The notes under the pieces: generated by a model
The model's database searches: none
What the model saw: the letters and a program-made list of their open reading frames with translations, nothing else
Told to the model about the DNA's origin: nothing
Shown here: positions 9,622 through 19,385 of the stretch, piece after piece
Layout: the number at the start of each line of letters is the position of its first letter
Numbering within the stretch: position 1 is the first letter of the stretch
Translations under genes and position numbers: made by a program
Source of the DNA: a virus
Taxonomy: Duplodnaviria; Caudoviricetes
Direction: 5' to 3' (one strand)
Length of the DNA stretch: 64,000 bases
Virus record (IMG/VR): IMGVR_UViG_3300021963_000124
Location: 975-64,974 of that record

Positions 9622-10233
9622 TTACCAATATTTACCTTTACTTTTTGTTCCTAAACTACGAATTCTATGACTACGACAACTCCAATAACCGGCTGTTGTG
9701 CGATCTTTCTTTTGAGCACATCTGTGTCTTGCTCTAAAACTTTTTCTACGAGCCGCACTGCTCGCACGTATTCTCATTTTTGGGTCGCCAAACGATACCT
9801 TTTTAATTCTACCACCTTTACTCTTTACATAAACTGCAAATTTTTTTGGTCCGCCCGGAGTTCTAAACGGTCTATTTAATTTAACATTACGTCCTCTGTG
9901 TTTTACTTCATTTATTAATTCTTCGTCATCTTCTTCTTCAATAGGAGCATCTAAATAAACTTCTCTACCTTCATAAATTGCAGTTTCTCCGATATCACTT
10001 TCAACTAAATCTGCATCTTCATCATTCAACTCAATTAAATCTTGTTCATATAATTTACGAACTTCTTTTATTAATTCAAAATACGCATCACTATATGTTC
10101 TGAATACATTTCCTTCAAGAGTAAGATTATGATCCAAATGATATCTCAGATTAGAAGTAATTGCCGCATCTTGGACCAATTTCATTGGTGCAGGTGGATT
10201 TTGCAATTCGTTTAAAATTTCTTTCAGTTTCAT
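9622..10233 (-). CDS. Putative internal head protein with basic C-terminal domain (start moved to MKLKEILNE)
   Basis: Acidic N-terminal half. Basic C-terminus KKFAVYVK..KVSFGD..RRKSFRARHRC..AGYWSC. TATTTATA lies 6 nt upstream of ATG 10233. Confidence 0.55.
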   Translation of the reverse strand: MKLKEILNELQNPPAPMKLVQDAAITSNLRYHLDHNLTLEGNVFRTYSDAYFELIKEVRKLYEQDLIELNDEDADLVESDIGETAIYEGREVYLDAPIEEEDDEELINEVKHRGRNVKLNRPFRTPGGPKKFAVYVKSKGGRIKKVSFGDPKMRIRASSAARRKSFRARHRCAQKKDRTTAGYWSCRSHRIRSLGTKSKGKYW

Positions 10234-10239
10234 ATAATA

Positions 10240-10247
10240 TATAAATA
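10240..10247 (-). promoter_or_regulatory. TATTTATA putative late promoter motif
   Basis: 6 nt upstream of ATG 10233. TTGCGG lies 18 nt further upstream. Confidence 0.6.
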
Positions 10248-10269
10248 TCTTCAAAATATTATTGACCGC

Positions 10270-10302
10270 AAAAAAAACTCCCAGTATTTCTACTGGGAGT
10301 TT
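10270..10302 (-). terminator. Intrinsic terminator after the major capsid gene
   Basis: AAACTCCCAGTA-GAAA-TACTGGGAGTTT followed by a T run on the minus strand. Confidence 0.9.
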
Positions 10303-10325
10303 CGATTAATTATTTAAATCAAATA

Positions 10326-12026
10326 TTATACTTGATCCAAATCGGCAACATAAATCTTGCCGTAGAATTCAGGACGTACTACCTTCTTGGCATAACGTGT
10401 CATCACACCACGGCGTGGAGTGAAGTTCACTGGGTCATAGACCAATGGGGTTTGAACGAGTGGGATGTATGGGGCATACACAGCACCGGTTTCGAGGAAG
10501 TTATTTCCACGGAAACCAACCAAGATGACGTTTTCAGTCATGTATGGGTTCTTGTAGACTTGGAAGCGACTTGCGAAGCTACCAACACGACTTACACCCA
10601 TTGCAAACTTAGCACTGTCACCATCGGTGTTAACAACATATCCTGGGATTGATTCCAAGATGGTTGCTACGTCTGGGGAACAAACCAAGAAGTTTGCACC
10701 ACCACGGAGAGTCAATTGGTGAATCTTGTTAGATACACGTTGAATCTTGTTACCCAAGGTTTGGAACCAGGTGCTCTTTACGTAAGCAGTGCGGTTTGTG
10801 GTATCGGTTGTGCGATTGAAGGTGACTGAACCATTGCTGTTTACAGTCTTACCAACGAATTCGGTTCCGATAGCAGCAGACCAAGCTTCAGTGGTTGAGC
10901 CTGGAGCAGCATTGATCAACATGTCAAGGATTTCGAGATCGATTTCCATTGATACGTATTCGCTCAAGAGAGCAGTCAATTCGGCTTCGGCATCAATGCT
11001 GTGGTAAGCATTCAAGTCTTGAGCCAATTCTGGGGTCCAGACTGCCTTTAACTTACGAGTCTTAGCAACGATTGGTTCGCTCTTAAGTTCCAAGTTAACT
11101 TCTGGAATACCAATATTATCGACCAATCCGGTTCCTGCACCTGTTCCGGTAGCAGTGGTGGTAAACTTATCTTCGAAATCACCACGGGTTGAATCAGTTG
11201 GTTGCTTGTCATAATACAAGAATACGCTCTTGGTAGCACCTGCGGTTGTATTAGAACCACTTGCTACGAATACGATAGAATAAACTGGAGATGCAAGAGT
11301 TCCAGTATTAATTACCTTGGTAAATTCACCCAAAACGTTTGTTGCGGTCAAGTTTGATCCAGTAAGAGTGAATGAACGAACTGCATTCAAATCGATACTT
11401 GCACTTGCATCATTTGCACCAATTGGGACGGTGAGAGTAAAATAATTACCTCCGCCTACCAATGTGCTTGAAGTATAAGCCGAATCCCATTGGAGATCAT
11501 TTGCAGAAGCAGTTGCGACAGTGGCAGTAAAGCCTAATCCAATTTGCTTTGCGCTATATCCATAACGGTTGTTACCGTAGAGACCGTTTACAGCTTCATC
11601 GGTAGAACCGAGTTTAGCATTACCTGTTCCACCAAACAATGAACCGCTATAAGCATTATCATTGCCAGATGCTGGAACGTTGGTGCCATACTTGAAATCA
11701 AGATAGAAGATAAGACCGCTTGGGAGATTCATTGGTTGAACACTAACGAATTCCTTTGCACTGATTTCAGCGAATACACGACGAACTAATGGAAGAGCTA
11801 CGCCAGCCCATTGTTCGCTGTTTGCTGAAGTACCAGTTGAGGTAGCTTCATCAAGAAGTTGTTTTGCTTGGTTTTCCAAAAGAATGGACATGTTGGCTTT
11901 TTCTACGCCGTTAAGACCTTCGAGCAAGCCTGTCTTGTCCCACTTTTGTTGCAATCCACGGGTTTCAGCCATCAATTTGGCTTGTGGATTCATGTTGTTT
12001 GTCAATAGACCTTTAATATCACTCAT
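10326..12026 (-). CDS. Major capsid protein, T4 gp23-like
   Basis: LPLVRRVF, VSVQPMNLPSGLIF, AKTRKLKAVWTPELAQDLNAYH.IDAEAEL, YAPYIPL, FTPRRGVMTRY. Confidence 0.97.
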   Translation of the reverse strand: MSDIKGLLTNNMNPQAKLMAETRGLQQKWDKTGLLEGLNGVEKANMSILLENQAKQLLDEATSTGTSANSEQWAGVALPLVRRVFAEISAKEFVSVQPMNLPSGLIFYLDFKYGTNVPASGNDNAYSGSLFGGTGNAKLGSTDEAVNGLYGNNRYGYSAKQIGLGFTATVATASANDLQWDSAYTSSTLVGGGNYFTLTVPIGANDASASIDLNAVRSFTLTGSNLTATNVLGEFTKVINTGTLASPVYSIVFVASGSNTTAGATKSVFLYYDKQPTDSTRGDFEDKFTTTATGTGAGTGLVDNIGIPEVNLELKSEPIVAKTRKLKAVWTPELAQDLNAYHSIDAEAELTALLSEYVSMEIDLEILDMLINAAPGSTTEAWSAAIGTEFVGKTVNSNGSVTFNRTTDTTNRTAYVKSTWFQTLGNKIQRVSNKIHQLTLRGGANFLVCSPDVATILESIPGYVVNTDGDSAKFAMGVSRVGSFASRFQVYKNPYMTENVILVGFRGNNFLETGAVYAPYIPLVQTPLVYDPVNFTPRRGVMTRYAKKVVRPEFYGKIYVADLDQV

Positions 12027-12076
12027 ATATTTCTGTTTATTAGTTGTTTTTGTTTACTATTACTCACCTGTTAAAA

Positions 12077-13120
12077 TTACTTCTTGATTCCGGCGAGTTT
12101 TTGGAATCTTGAAGCCATCACGTTGCTGTTTTCAACAATAACTTCCTTTGCAGGAGCGGTTGAAGCAACTGGTTTACTTGCCAAACCTTCGGTGATAGTT
12201 TTTGCAGTTGTATTAGTCTTTTTGACAACTGATCCACCGGAACTATATGATTCGGACAAAATTGCATAACTCAACTTGACTTCGCGGATGGACTTAGCCA
12301 AGTCGAATGTTTCAACTACCTTGGTCTTTTGTTCCTTGGTTAAGCTGAAAGTATTAAACAACTTGTTGGTATAAAGCAACTTGCTGTTCAATAAATTGAT
12401 TTCGTTAATTTGAGTGCGAAGATATTCGATTACCTTATAAGCTTCTTGTAATTCTGTTTGAACAGATTCATAAGCTTCTTCTTTCTTTTCATCATCTTTA
12501 CCTTCTTCTCCTTCTTCGCCCTTACCTTCTTCAATTTCACCTTCTTCAAGTGATGCAAGAAGTTCGTTCAAATCGATTTCTTCTTCCATTGATTCTTCGG
12601 CTACAGGAGCTTCTGGAGTTTCTGGAGCAGCAGGAGCTACTGGAGCTTCTGGTGCGGCTGGAGCCATAGGAGCTTCTGGTGCAGCAGCTACTGGAGCAGC
12701 TGGTGCTTCTGGAGCAGCAGGAGATGCTGGAGCGGATGGTTGTTCTTCGCCGTCTTCTTTTAATTCGCTTTCCAATTCTCTCAAAATTTCTTCAATTTCT
12801 TCATTGGTCACGGTTTCTTCTTCCATTGTTTCGCCAGCAACTTCTTCACCTTCTTCGAAGGCAACAGTCTTTGGACCACCTTGAGGATCTTGATGAGTTA
12901 CTGCACCCTTATCAGGAGCATGTGATGCACCAACACCACCTGAACCAATATCTGAAGAACTTACAGCTTCATCAGCTGCGATTTCTTGTTTTAATTTTTC
13001 GGCCAACATTGCTTCTGCCTTTGTATTAAAGGCTTCTTCCAATGCGGCTTTTGCATTTGCGAGTGCAGTGGCACGCACAGCCTTCGCGTCAGCAATAGCT
13101 TCTTTTAGTAAGTTTGACAT
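12077..13120 (-). CDS. Prohead scaffold/core protein, gp22-like
   Basis: Acidic coiled-coil protein with Ala/Pro linker, many L/I/M-x-E sites and C-terminal MASRFQKLAGI, directly upstream of the capsid gene. Confidence 0.8.
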   Translation of the reverse strand: MSNLLKEAIADAKAVRATALANAKAALEEAFNTKAEAMLAEKLKQEIAADEAVSSSDIGSGGVGASHAPDKGAVTHQDPQGGPKTVAFEEGEEVAGETMEEETVTNEEIEEILRELESELKEDGEEQPSAPASPAAPEAPAAPVAAAPEAPMAPAAPEAPVAPAAPETPEAPVAEESMEEEIDLNELLASLEEGEIEEGKGEEGEEGKDDEKKEEAYESVQTELQEAYKVIEYLRTQINEINLLNSKLLYTNKLFNTFSLTKEQKTKVVETFDLAKSIREVKLSYAILSESYSSGGSVVKKTNTTAKTITEGLASKPVASTAPAKEVIVENSNVMASRFQKLAGIKK

Positions 13121-13211
13121 AATGTTATTTGAATTTTCTGAAGTTATTGAGGATAAACTTCAATACGGATTTATTTAATCTTGAGCGGCAAAGGAAAGCC
13201 GTAATATTGTA

Positions 13212-13261
13212 TATAAATATGAATAAAAAAATGAAAATAGCAAAATAATTAGATATTTATA
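13212..13261. promoter_or_regulatory. Divergent pair of TATTTATA motifs
   Basis: A minus-strand copy at 13212-13219 faces scaffold/MCP. A plus-strand copy at 13254-13261 lies 5 nt before ATG 13267. Confidence 0.65.
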
Positions 13262-13266
13262 ATATT

Positions 13267-13920
13267 ATGCCGTATTATTACAAAAAAGTAGATGATAAAT
13301 ACTGTGTCTACAAAAAGTCTAACAATGAAAAAGTTGGATGCACAGATGGTGATAAAGAGAGTTTAAATAAGTATTTAGCCGCGTTAGCAATTGCGCACAA
13401 ACGCAAACGTAGAAAGAAAATAAAAGAACAACTCAAAGAAACTTTCCGTAAAATAGTATTAAAAGAAACATTATTAAATGAATTAACCGACAATCATAAA
13501 GATAATGTTTCAATTGAAACTGAATTAACAAATAATAAGGGATTGGATTTTACTCCAGAAGAAATTAAATTTGTAACTGATGTTTTGAAATCAAAAGACC
13601 CTACTTTACATTTAAATGATGAAAAACCTATAACAAGAGGTCATGAATTAAGTTTTCAAAAAGAAATAAATACCAATAATTTTTATTTTATAGTAAAAAA
13701 ATTAGCAAACAAATCCGACAGTAGTGGACAATCTATTAAATACGGAATATGGTATATTACATATTCGAATGAAGAAGATTTGAAAAAACCAACCACGGTA
13801 TATTATAAACTTTCAAATGCGGTAAATTTAAAAGATAAAAATGGAAAACCAAATCAAATGGAAATTGAAAAAACATTAACTGATTTAGTATCTACTACTA
13901 TTAACAAAGTAAATCTATGA
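13267..13920 (+). CDS. Hypothetical protein (possible internal head protein)
   Basis: 217-aa ORF with its own upstream motif and an LKE...LLNE segment. Confidence 0.7.
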   Translation: MPYYYKKVDDKYCVYKKSNNEKVGCTDGDKESLNKYLAALAIAHKRKRRKKIKEQLKETFRKIVLKETLLNELTDNHKDNVSIETELTNNKGLDFTPEEIKFVTDVLKSKDPTLHLNDEKPITRGHELSFQKEINTNNFYFIVKKLANKSDSSGQSIKYGIWYITYSNEEDLKKPTTVYYKLSNAVNLKDKNGKPNQMEIEKTLTDLVSTTINKVNL

Positions 13921-14261
13921 CACATTTAAAATCTTTTATTAAAAAAGAATATTCCGAAATGGAAGAGTCGTTTGAATATAATATTAACGATATTGATAAT
14001 CCAAATGGATGGAACTGGAAAGAAATTGATTGGTTGGCCAACATGGGATTTGAACCAGAAGGTGAAACTCGTTTAACATATACTGATAAAGATACTGCAA
14101 AAAATGTTAATCATAGTGATTTAAGAAAAGACCCATTGAAAGTAACTGTGTATAAAAATAAACAAGGTTATTGGTTATTGATTAATAATAGAAAACATGT
14201 GTTTAGAACATTTACACAAATGATGAATTTCATTGATGACCGAGGATCTGTTCCTTTATAA
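13917..14261 (+). CDS. Hypothetical protein
   Basis: ATGA overlap with the upstream gene. Ends at a bidirectional terminator. Confidence 0.7.
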   Translation: MTHLKSFIKKEYSEMEESFEYNINDIDNPNGWNWKEIDWLANMGFEPEGETRLTYTDKDTAKNVNHSDLRKDPLKVTVYKNKQGYWLLINNRKHVFRTFTQMMNFIDDRGSVPL

Positions 14262-14297
14262 AAAATAAAACCCACCAATTTCTTGGTGGGTTTTTTA
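14262..14297. terminator. Bidirectional intrinsic terminator
   Basis: AAAACCCACCAA-TTTC-TTGGTGGGTTTT with A and T tails on both sides, between convergent genes. Confidence 0.9.
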
Positions 14298-14313
14298 TTG
14301 CGTTTAACTGAAA

Positions 14314-14718
14314 TTATTGTTTATCTGAATCTTTGATTTCAAAATATTTTTCCAAGATACCGCCCATATCTTCATACAATGAAGTCATATGAATATTCTT
14401 TTCATGTGCTTCTTTTGCCATTTTCTTAAAAGCTTCTGCATGTTTCTTGATTTCAGCAAAATGACGTTTTGCTACATTTGCTTGTGTCCAATCGTTACAT
14501 TCATTTACAACATATGTTTCTGCGTATTCAGAAATCTTCTTAAGAGTATCTGCTACTTCCATGATTTTACCATATTCATGAAGTGACTTACCATATTCGT
14601 TGTAATTATGAACCAATTCCGCCAATGCTTTCTTTTCTTCTTTTGACAACTTACGAGGAGCATCATCTGCGGTTGGAAGATTTACTGTTGATTCTACTAG
14701 ATTCTTTAATTTAATCAT
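14314..14718 (-). CDS. Helical putative prohead core/internal protein
   Basis: Starts MIKLKNLVE, has TATTTATA (14723-14730) 4 nt upstream, and lies in the head cluster. Confidence 0.55.
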   Translation of the reverse strand: MIKLKNLVESTVNLPTADDAPRKLSKEEKKALAELVHNYNEYGKSLHEYGKIMEVADTLKKISEYAETYVVNECNDWTQANVAKRHFAEIKKHAEAFKKMAKEAHEKNIHMTSLYEDMGGILEKYFEIKDSDKQ

Positions 14719-14749
14719 ATGTTATAAATATAAATCGTATAGGTTAAAA

Positions 14750-15370
14750 TTATTTAATTTCGCCTAAAATATCACGAATAATATTTTCGACCTTTTCCCA
14801 TTTATTTGTTTCTGGGTTTTTCACAACGCCTTCTTGAAGACTTACTTGTTCTTCTGGATACATAAATGCACCTCTGGTTGAAGGATTGCTTACGAAATCA
14901 AATGCAATAAGTTCGAAGTCATCTTGAACTTCATCAGCGGCTTCGTGGACATTTTTACGAACACTGCCCATGCCTCTTGAACTAATACCAAGTCTGATAC
15001 CAGATGCAAATAATTCTTTCAAGATATTTCCGCTTGGTGTAGGAAGAACTTCAACTTCTCCTACTAAATTATCACCATCCCAAGACATTCTGGTAACATT
15101 GTGACTTACATTCTTTAAGTTTACAACGCTACTTTCTGGATGGTCTAATTCACCAAGAGCACGACGTTCTTTGATAAAATTTTGTTCATATTTCTTTGAT
15201 TCTCTTTCCAAAATTTCTCTTGGATAAATACGTCCATTTTGGTTTTTTGCATTTGCACGTTGAAGAACACCTTTTACCAAGAAAGGTCCGTTTGTCTTCA
15301 TAGCCTCACTAATTACTTCTCGGCTAATTTCAAATGACATGCAATCTACAATTAATCTTTTTTCATTCAT
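14750..15370 (-). CDS. Prohead maturation protease, T4 gp21-like
   Basis: NQNGRIYP, ALGELDHP, VSH, LPTPSGNIL, GISSRGMGS, FDFVSNPS. Confidence 0.95.
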   Translation of the reverse strand: MNEKRLIVDCMSFEISREVISEAMKTNGPFLVKGVLQRANAKNQNGRIYPREILERESKKYEQNFIKERRALGELDHPESSVVNLKNVSHNVTRMSWDGDNLVGEVEVLPTPSGNILKELFASGIRLGISSRGMGSVRKNVHEAADEVQDDFELIAFDFVSNPSTRGAFMYPEEQVSLQEGVVKNPETNKWEKVENIIRDILGEIK

Positions 15371-15371
15371 A

Positions 15372-15929
15372 TTAAATTCCTTTAGTTGCTACATTTTGTG
15401 TAGATGTCGGAACCGGTGCAGTAGGAGCAACTGTATCTTTTTTCTTTGATGGAACAGTTGCCGCACCTAACTTCTTAATCGTATATGGATATTTAATAAA
15501 ATATTCACTTTGTTTTTGTTTGTTAGGTTCACGACCTTTGATAACAACTACATAATTTTCGTAATAAAAATCAATGCTAACGTCATCTACGTTAACGATA
15601 TAATCCTTCTCAGGTTGACCATATCCCTTTGAAGCACGAAATTGTATTTTTTGATTTGCAATTTGACTTAAAATTTTTTCTTTAAATTCATTTTTTACAG
15701 TCTCAGTTGCTTGTGACAATTTCTTTTGAAAATCTTCTAAATCAAATCCTAAATTATAAGTATTACCTTGACCAGAAGATTGTTTTTGGTCTTGTTTAGG
15801 AGATTCTTGAGGAGGTTGTTGAGGAGTAGTAGGTGCAGCAGCGGGTGCGCCTTGTGATGGAGGATTAACTCCTTTGCCGGCTGGTTGAGGTTGGTCTGCT
15901 TCTAAAAATCTCTTCAAAAAGATAGGCAT
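15372..15929 (-). CDS. Hypothetical head-cluster protein
   Basis: 185 aa, starts MPIFLKRFLE, with a Pro/Gln linker. Confidence 0.55.
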   Translation of the reverse strand: MPIFLKRFLEADQPQPAGKGVNPPSQGAPAAAPTTPQQPPQESPKQDQKQSSGQGNTYNLGFDLEDFQKKLSQATETVKNEFKEKILSQIANQKIQFRASKGYGQPEKDYIVNVDDVSIDFYYENYVVVIKGREPNKQKQSEYFIKYPYTIKKLGAATVPSKKKDTVAPTAPVPTSTQNVATKGI

Positions 15930-15930
15930 A

Positions 15931-16509
15931 TTACTTCTTGTTTTTATTTTTTGCGTCTTTAGCAGCTTGTTTCATTGGTTCCGTCTTATTACCGTCACCG
16001 TCTAAATCTAGGAAATCTGGTTTTGCACCTTCTTCCCAACATTCATCACATTGCATTTCTTCCATCATCTTTTCAACATCGGCTTCTTCTAATGTTCTAC
16101 CAACATTTCTGCTAAGTAAATTTTTTAAACGGCCGAGCAAATTTACATCTTTGTCATCGCCCTTAAATTTGTTTTCTCTTTCACGACTTGAAATTTTATC
16201 AATGAGACCAGTTGTAATTTTAGTATCATCTTGTTTCTTTGGTGCAGCTGGTGCAGCTTTCTTTGCTACTGGAGCAGGTTCTGATTTTTTTGCTGGTTTC
16301 TTTTCAGCTTTTTTACCTTCTTTTACAAGTTCATAATCAGTTGAGGCAGTAGCAGCACGTTCATTGCCTTTGCCTGATTTAGCAAAAGCATATGGTGTTG
16401 ATGGAGCAGCAACTGCGCCAGTGCCTGTTCCTTCTTCCATTTCTTTTTTGATAATTTCCTTAAGTTTTTCCTTAAGTCTGCCGATGAGAAGTCTCTTTTT
16501 TTCGTTCAT
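15931..16509 (-). CDS. Putative prohead core protein
   Basis: LKEIIKKEMEE leader, Lys/Ala-rich middle and PDFLDLDGDGNKTEPMK motif. Confidence 0.55.
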   Translation of the reverse strand: MNEKKRLLIGRLKEKLKEIIKKEMEEGTGTGAVAAPSTPYAFAKSGKGNERAATASTDYELVKEGKKAEKKPAKKSEPAPVAKKAAPAAPKKQDDTKITTGLIDKISSRERENKFKGDDKDVNLLGRLKNLLSRNVGRTLEEADVEKMMEEMQCDECWEEGAKPDFLDLDGDGNKTEPMKQAAKDAKNKNKK

Positions 16510-16510
16510 A

Positions 16511-17380
16511 TTATTGAATTTTATTTTGAAGTTCTTTAATTAATTCGTAGGAAAGCAACAACACTGTAATTTGATTATCTTTCACTGACTTTTTACAATT
16601 AATGGTATCAATTTGCTTTGTTACTTCATTAATTTTAATTTTAATTACATTATCATTGATAGAATTAACAAATTTTGATAATGTTTCTTTAATATTAACA
16701 ATTTCTTTTTGAACAAATTCATTCAATGAATTGGTATTGCTAATATTGTTGATGTATTCCTTTAACAATCTCTTTTGATTGTTATCTAAATCTTTATACT
16801 TTTCGTTTAATGATTCGACGAGTAATTTATAGCTAAGTAAACGAACTTCTTCATTTTGTTGTTTATAAAAATTAATCAAATCGTCTTCGGATTCATTAAC
16901 AGCAACCTTTTTACCGCACAAATTTTCAGTAATTGTATTTGTTGATTGAAGAATTTCTTTTACATCAAATTTGATTGAATTGTTTATATGATTTTCAAAC
17001 AATTTGTAAATAGAAGCGTGAATCTTATAATTCTTGATGCTTGACTTTAACAAATCATCAATTGGATAATTTTCTCTAATTTCTTTGATTAGGTTGTATT
17101 TTTGTTCTGTTAATTTCTTTGAATCTAATTTTTCTCTTTGCTTCAAAATTACGTTTATATATTTCTGAGATTGCAATTCATCTTTTGCTTTTTCATTAAG
17201 CAAGAAATTATATAATTGCCACTCTTTTCCTAATTCTTTGTTTTCGGTGAAATATTTAAATAGTAAATCCTTAGCAATGGATTCATCCTTACCTGCCAAA
17301 ATATCTGCAGTTACTTGACGAGTAAGTAGTTCAAATAATATTCCTGTGTTTTTAAACTTGGAATGTTTAGCTTTTTGCAT
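16511..17380 (-). CDS. Helical head-assembly-cluster protein, function unknown
   Basis: KHSKFKNTGILFELL start, follows portal, TATTTATA at 17403-17410. Confidence 0.55.
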   Translation of the reverse strand: MQKAKHSKFKNTGILFELLTRQVTADILAGKDESIAKDLLFKYFTENKELGKEWQLYNFLLNEKAKDELQSQKYINVILKQREKLDSKKLTEQKYNLIKEIRENYPIDDLLKSSIKNYKIHASIYKLFENHINNSIKFDVKEILQSTNTITENLCGKKVAVNESEDDLINFYKQQNEEVRLLSYKLLVESLNEKYKDLDNNQKRLLKEYINNISNTNSLNEFVQKEIVNIKETLSKFVNSINDNVIKIKINEVTKQIDTINCKKSVKDNQITVLLLSYELIKELQNKIQ

Positions 17381-17447
17381 ATACTAGTATAATGTCTCAA
17401 TTTATAAATATAATAAATTATAGATAAAATTCATTTAATTATAATAT

Positions 17448-19361
17448 TTATTCCTCAATTATGTTGCTTTCATCAAGCATTGATTTTGAATTTACTTCCT
17501 TAAGCAAATCCCGTTTAACATCTTGATGTGTTTGTAAAAATTGTTTTAATCCTTCAAGATGTTCCATGCTTAACGCAGATTTTATTTTTGTTTTACTTCT
17601 GAGAGGATCTGTTTGTGATATACGTGTATTTTCTTTATTTCCCATTGGGTCATATCCAAATGTGGAATCTTTTCTATACTTATGTTCACCTGCTTGTGAC
17701 GCTCTTTTTGATTTTTCCGTCAATGATGGAGGAGTTTCCGCACCTGCGCCAGGTTCACCGACTGGACTTGGTTCACTTCCACCGCCGCTTGGTGGAGTTC
17801 CTTCTGGCGAAGGTGGTTCACCTGATGGAGCGCCGCCACTATCACCGGATGATTCTGGTGGTTTAATCTTATTAAATGGCTTAGCAGGATCAATACCTTC
17901 TTCTTCAATTTGTTTAAATCTATAATTGTCTTTTGCATCTTCAACGATGTCGTTCTTTTGTAAGTCAACATCTTCATCTGACAATTTAAATACGTTATTA
18001 TAAATCCATTTTCTGCTGAACATTTTTTGTTCAACCATATCTTTCGCCAAAGTAACTTTATCTGACCAAATTTTAACCTTTTCAGTCTCTAAAATTACAG
18101 ATGGATTAGTTAATTCTAAGTCAAAATTTACTAATTGGTCATCAGTATATCCTTGTGAATATAAATGGACAATTGCAATCTTTTTAAGTTCGCTTACTAA
18201 TATTTTTTGAATACGATTGATTGTTTTTGCGAATCTAACATCTTCACTTGCAAGAGTTGCTTTGCCACTCAAATCTTCTTCATAACCCAAAAATGCTTTT
18301 GGAATTTTTAATGCGGCCAACATCTTATTTTTTAGATAATTGATATCATCAATACCAGTAAATTCCATGCCACTTAATGGTTCGATGCTAGTTCCACTAT
18401 CACTGCCACGAACTGGCAAATAGAAATCTTCTACCATGTTTTGAAGATTGAATCTCAAATTATAATCGCCAGTATTTGGGTCAAGATATGGAATTTTCTT
18501 GGTCTTATTCATCAATTTTTCCATGTATTGATCGACCTCTTGAGGCGGAATATTACCAACGTCTACTTTAAATACTCTCTTTTCAGGAGCACGCATTACA
18601 CGATGAATTAACATTGCGTCTTCCATCAAACTCAACTGTTTCCATACTCTTCTACCACCTTCAATCATGCTTTTGCCATATGGCAAGAAGTTACTATCAC
18701 TCAACAAACGGAAATGTGCTACTTGATAATTTTCTAATTCTTCAATCTTACCACCCTCAGGCAAATTGATTTGGAACTTGGTATAATTCTTATTATTTAA
18801 ATCACTGTTTTCTACACGGGTAACATTATAAGAACTAATTGGTTCAATCATGTATACACCGTATTCTGGACTAATATACATTTTTAAATAGAAATCTCCA
18901 TATTTTACAAGATTTCTAGTCCAACTCCACATGTTAAATTCGATATTAAGAATATCATAAAACAAATTTTCTAGGATTTGTTTAATATTTGTATCATTAG
19001 TATGGACCGTTAAAATTTTACCCATTTCATTCTTAGTGACACATTCGTCTGCGTAAATATCTAATGCAGATGAAATAATTGGGTCCATATCCATCGTATC
19101 ATAATCTCTAAACAATTCAATACGAGCTGCTTGATAACTAAGTGTAAAATCTCTACTATATTGATTATATGCACTTGTGCGTATTCTATTAAATCTGTCA
19201 CGTAATGTATTTCTATCAGTAGCATACATTACTTCGTCTGTATCTACTACCTTTAATTTTTTGCCACCAATATTACGAACTATTACATCGGTGGAAAACA
19301 ACCGTTTCAACCTTGAATACAAGGAACGTTGTTTTAATATTTGAAATTCTTCTGATGGCAT
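17448..19361 (-). CDS. Portal protein, T4 gp20-like
   Basis: MEDAMLIHRVMRAPEKRVFKVDVGN, EDFYLPVRG, ALKIPK, EDVRFAK. Confidence 0.95.
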   Translation of the reverse strand: MPSEEFQILKQRSLYSRLKRLFSTDVIVRNIGGKKLKVVDTDEVMYATDRNTLRDRFNRIRTSAYNQYSRDFTLSYQAARIELFRDYDTMDMDPIISSALDIYADECVTKNEMGKILTVHTNDTNIKQILENLFYDILNIEFNMWSWTRNLVKYGDFYLKMYISPEYGVYMIEPISSYNVTRVENSDLNNKNYTKFQINLPEGGKIEELENYQVAHFRLLSDSNFLPYGKSMIEGGRRVWKQLSLMEDAMLIHRVMRAPEKRVFKVDVGNIPPQEVDQYMEKLMNKTKKIPYLDPNTGDYNLRFNLQNMVEDFYLPVRGSDSGTSIEPLSGMEFTGIDDINYLKNKMLAALKIPKAFLGYEEDLSGKATLASEDVRFAKTINRIQKILVSELKKIAIVHLYSQGYTDDQLVNFDLELTNPSVILETEKVKIWSDKVTLAKDMVEQKMFSRKWIYNNVFKLSDEDVDLQKNDIVEDAKDNYRFKQIEEEGIDPAKPFNKIKPPESSGDSGGAPSGEPPSPEGTPPSGGGSEPSPVGEPGAGAETPPSLTEKSKRASQAGEHKYRKDSTFGYDPMGNKENTRISQTDPLRSKTKIKSALSMEHLEGLKQFLQTHQDVKRDLLKEVNSKSMLDESNIIEE

Positions 19362-19369
19362 ATATAATG

Positions 19370-19377
19370 TATAAATA
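19370..19377 (-). promoter_or_regulatory. TATTTATA putative late promoter motif
   Basis: 8 nt upstream of the portal ATG. Confidence 0.6.
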
Positions 19378-19385
19378 TAAAGTGG

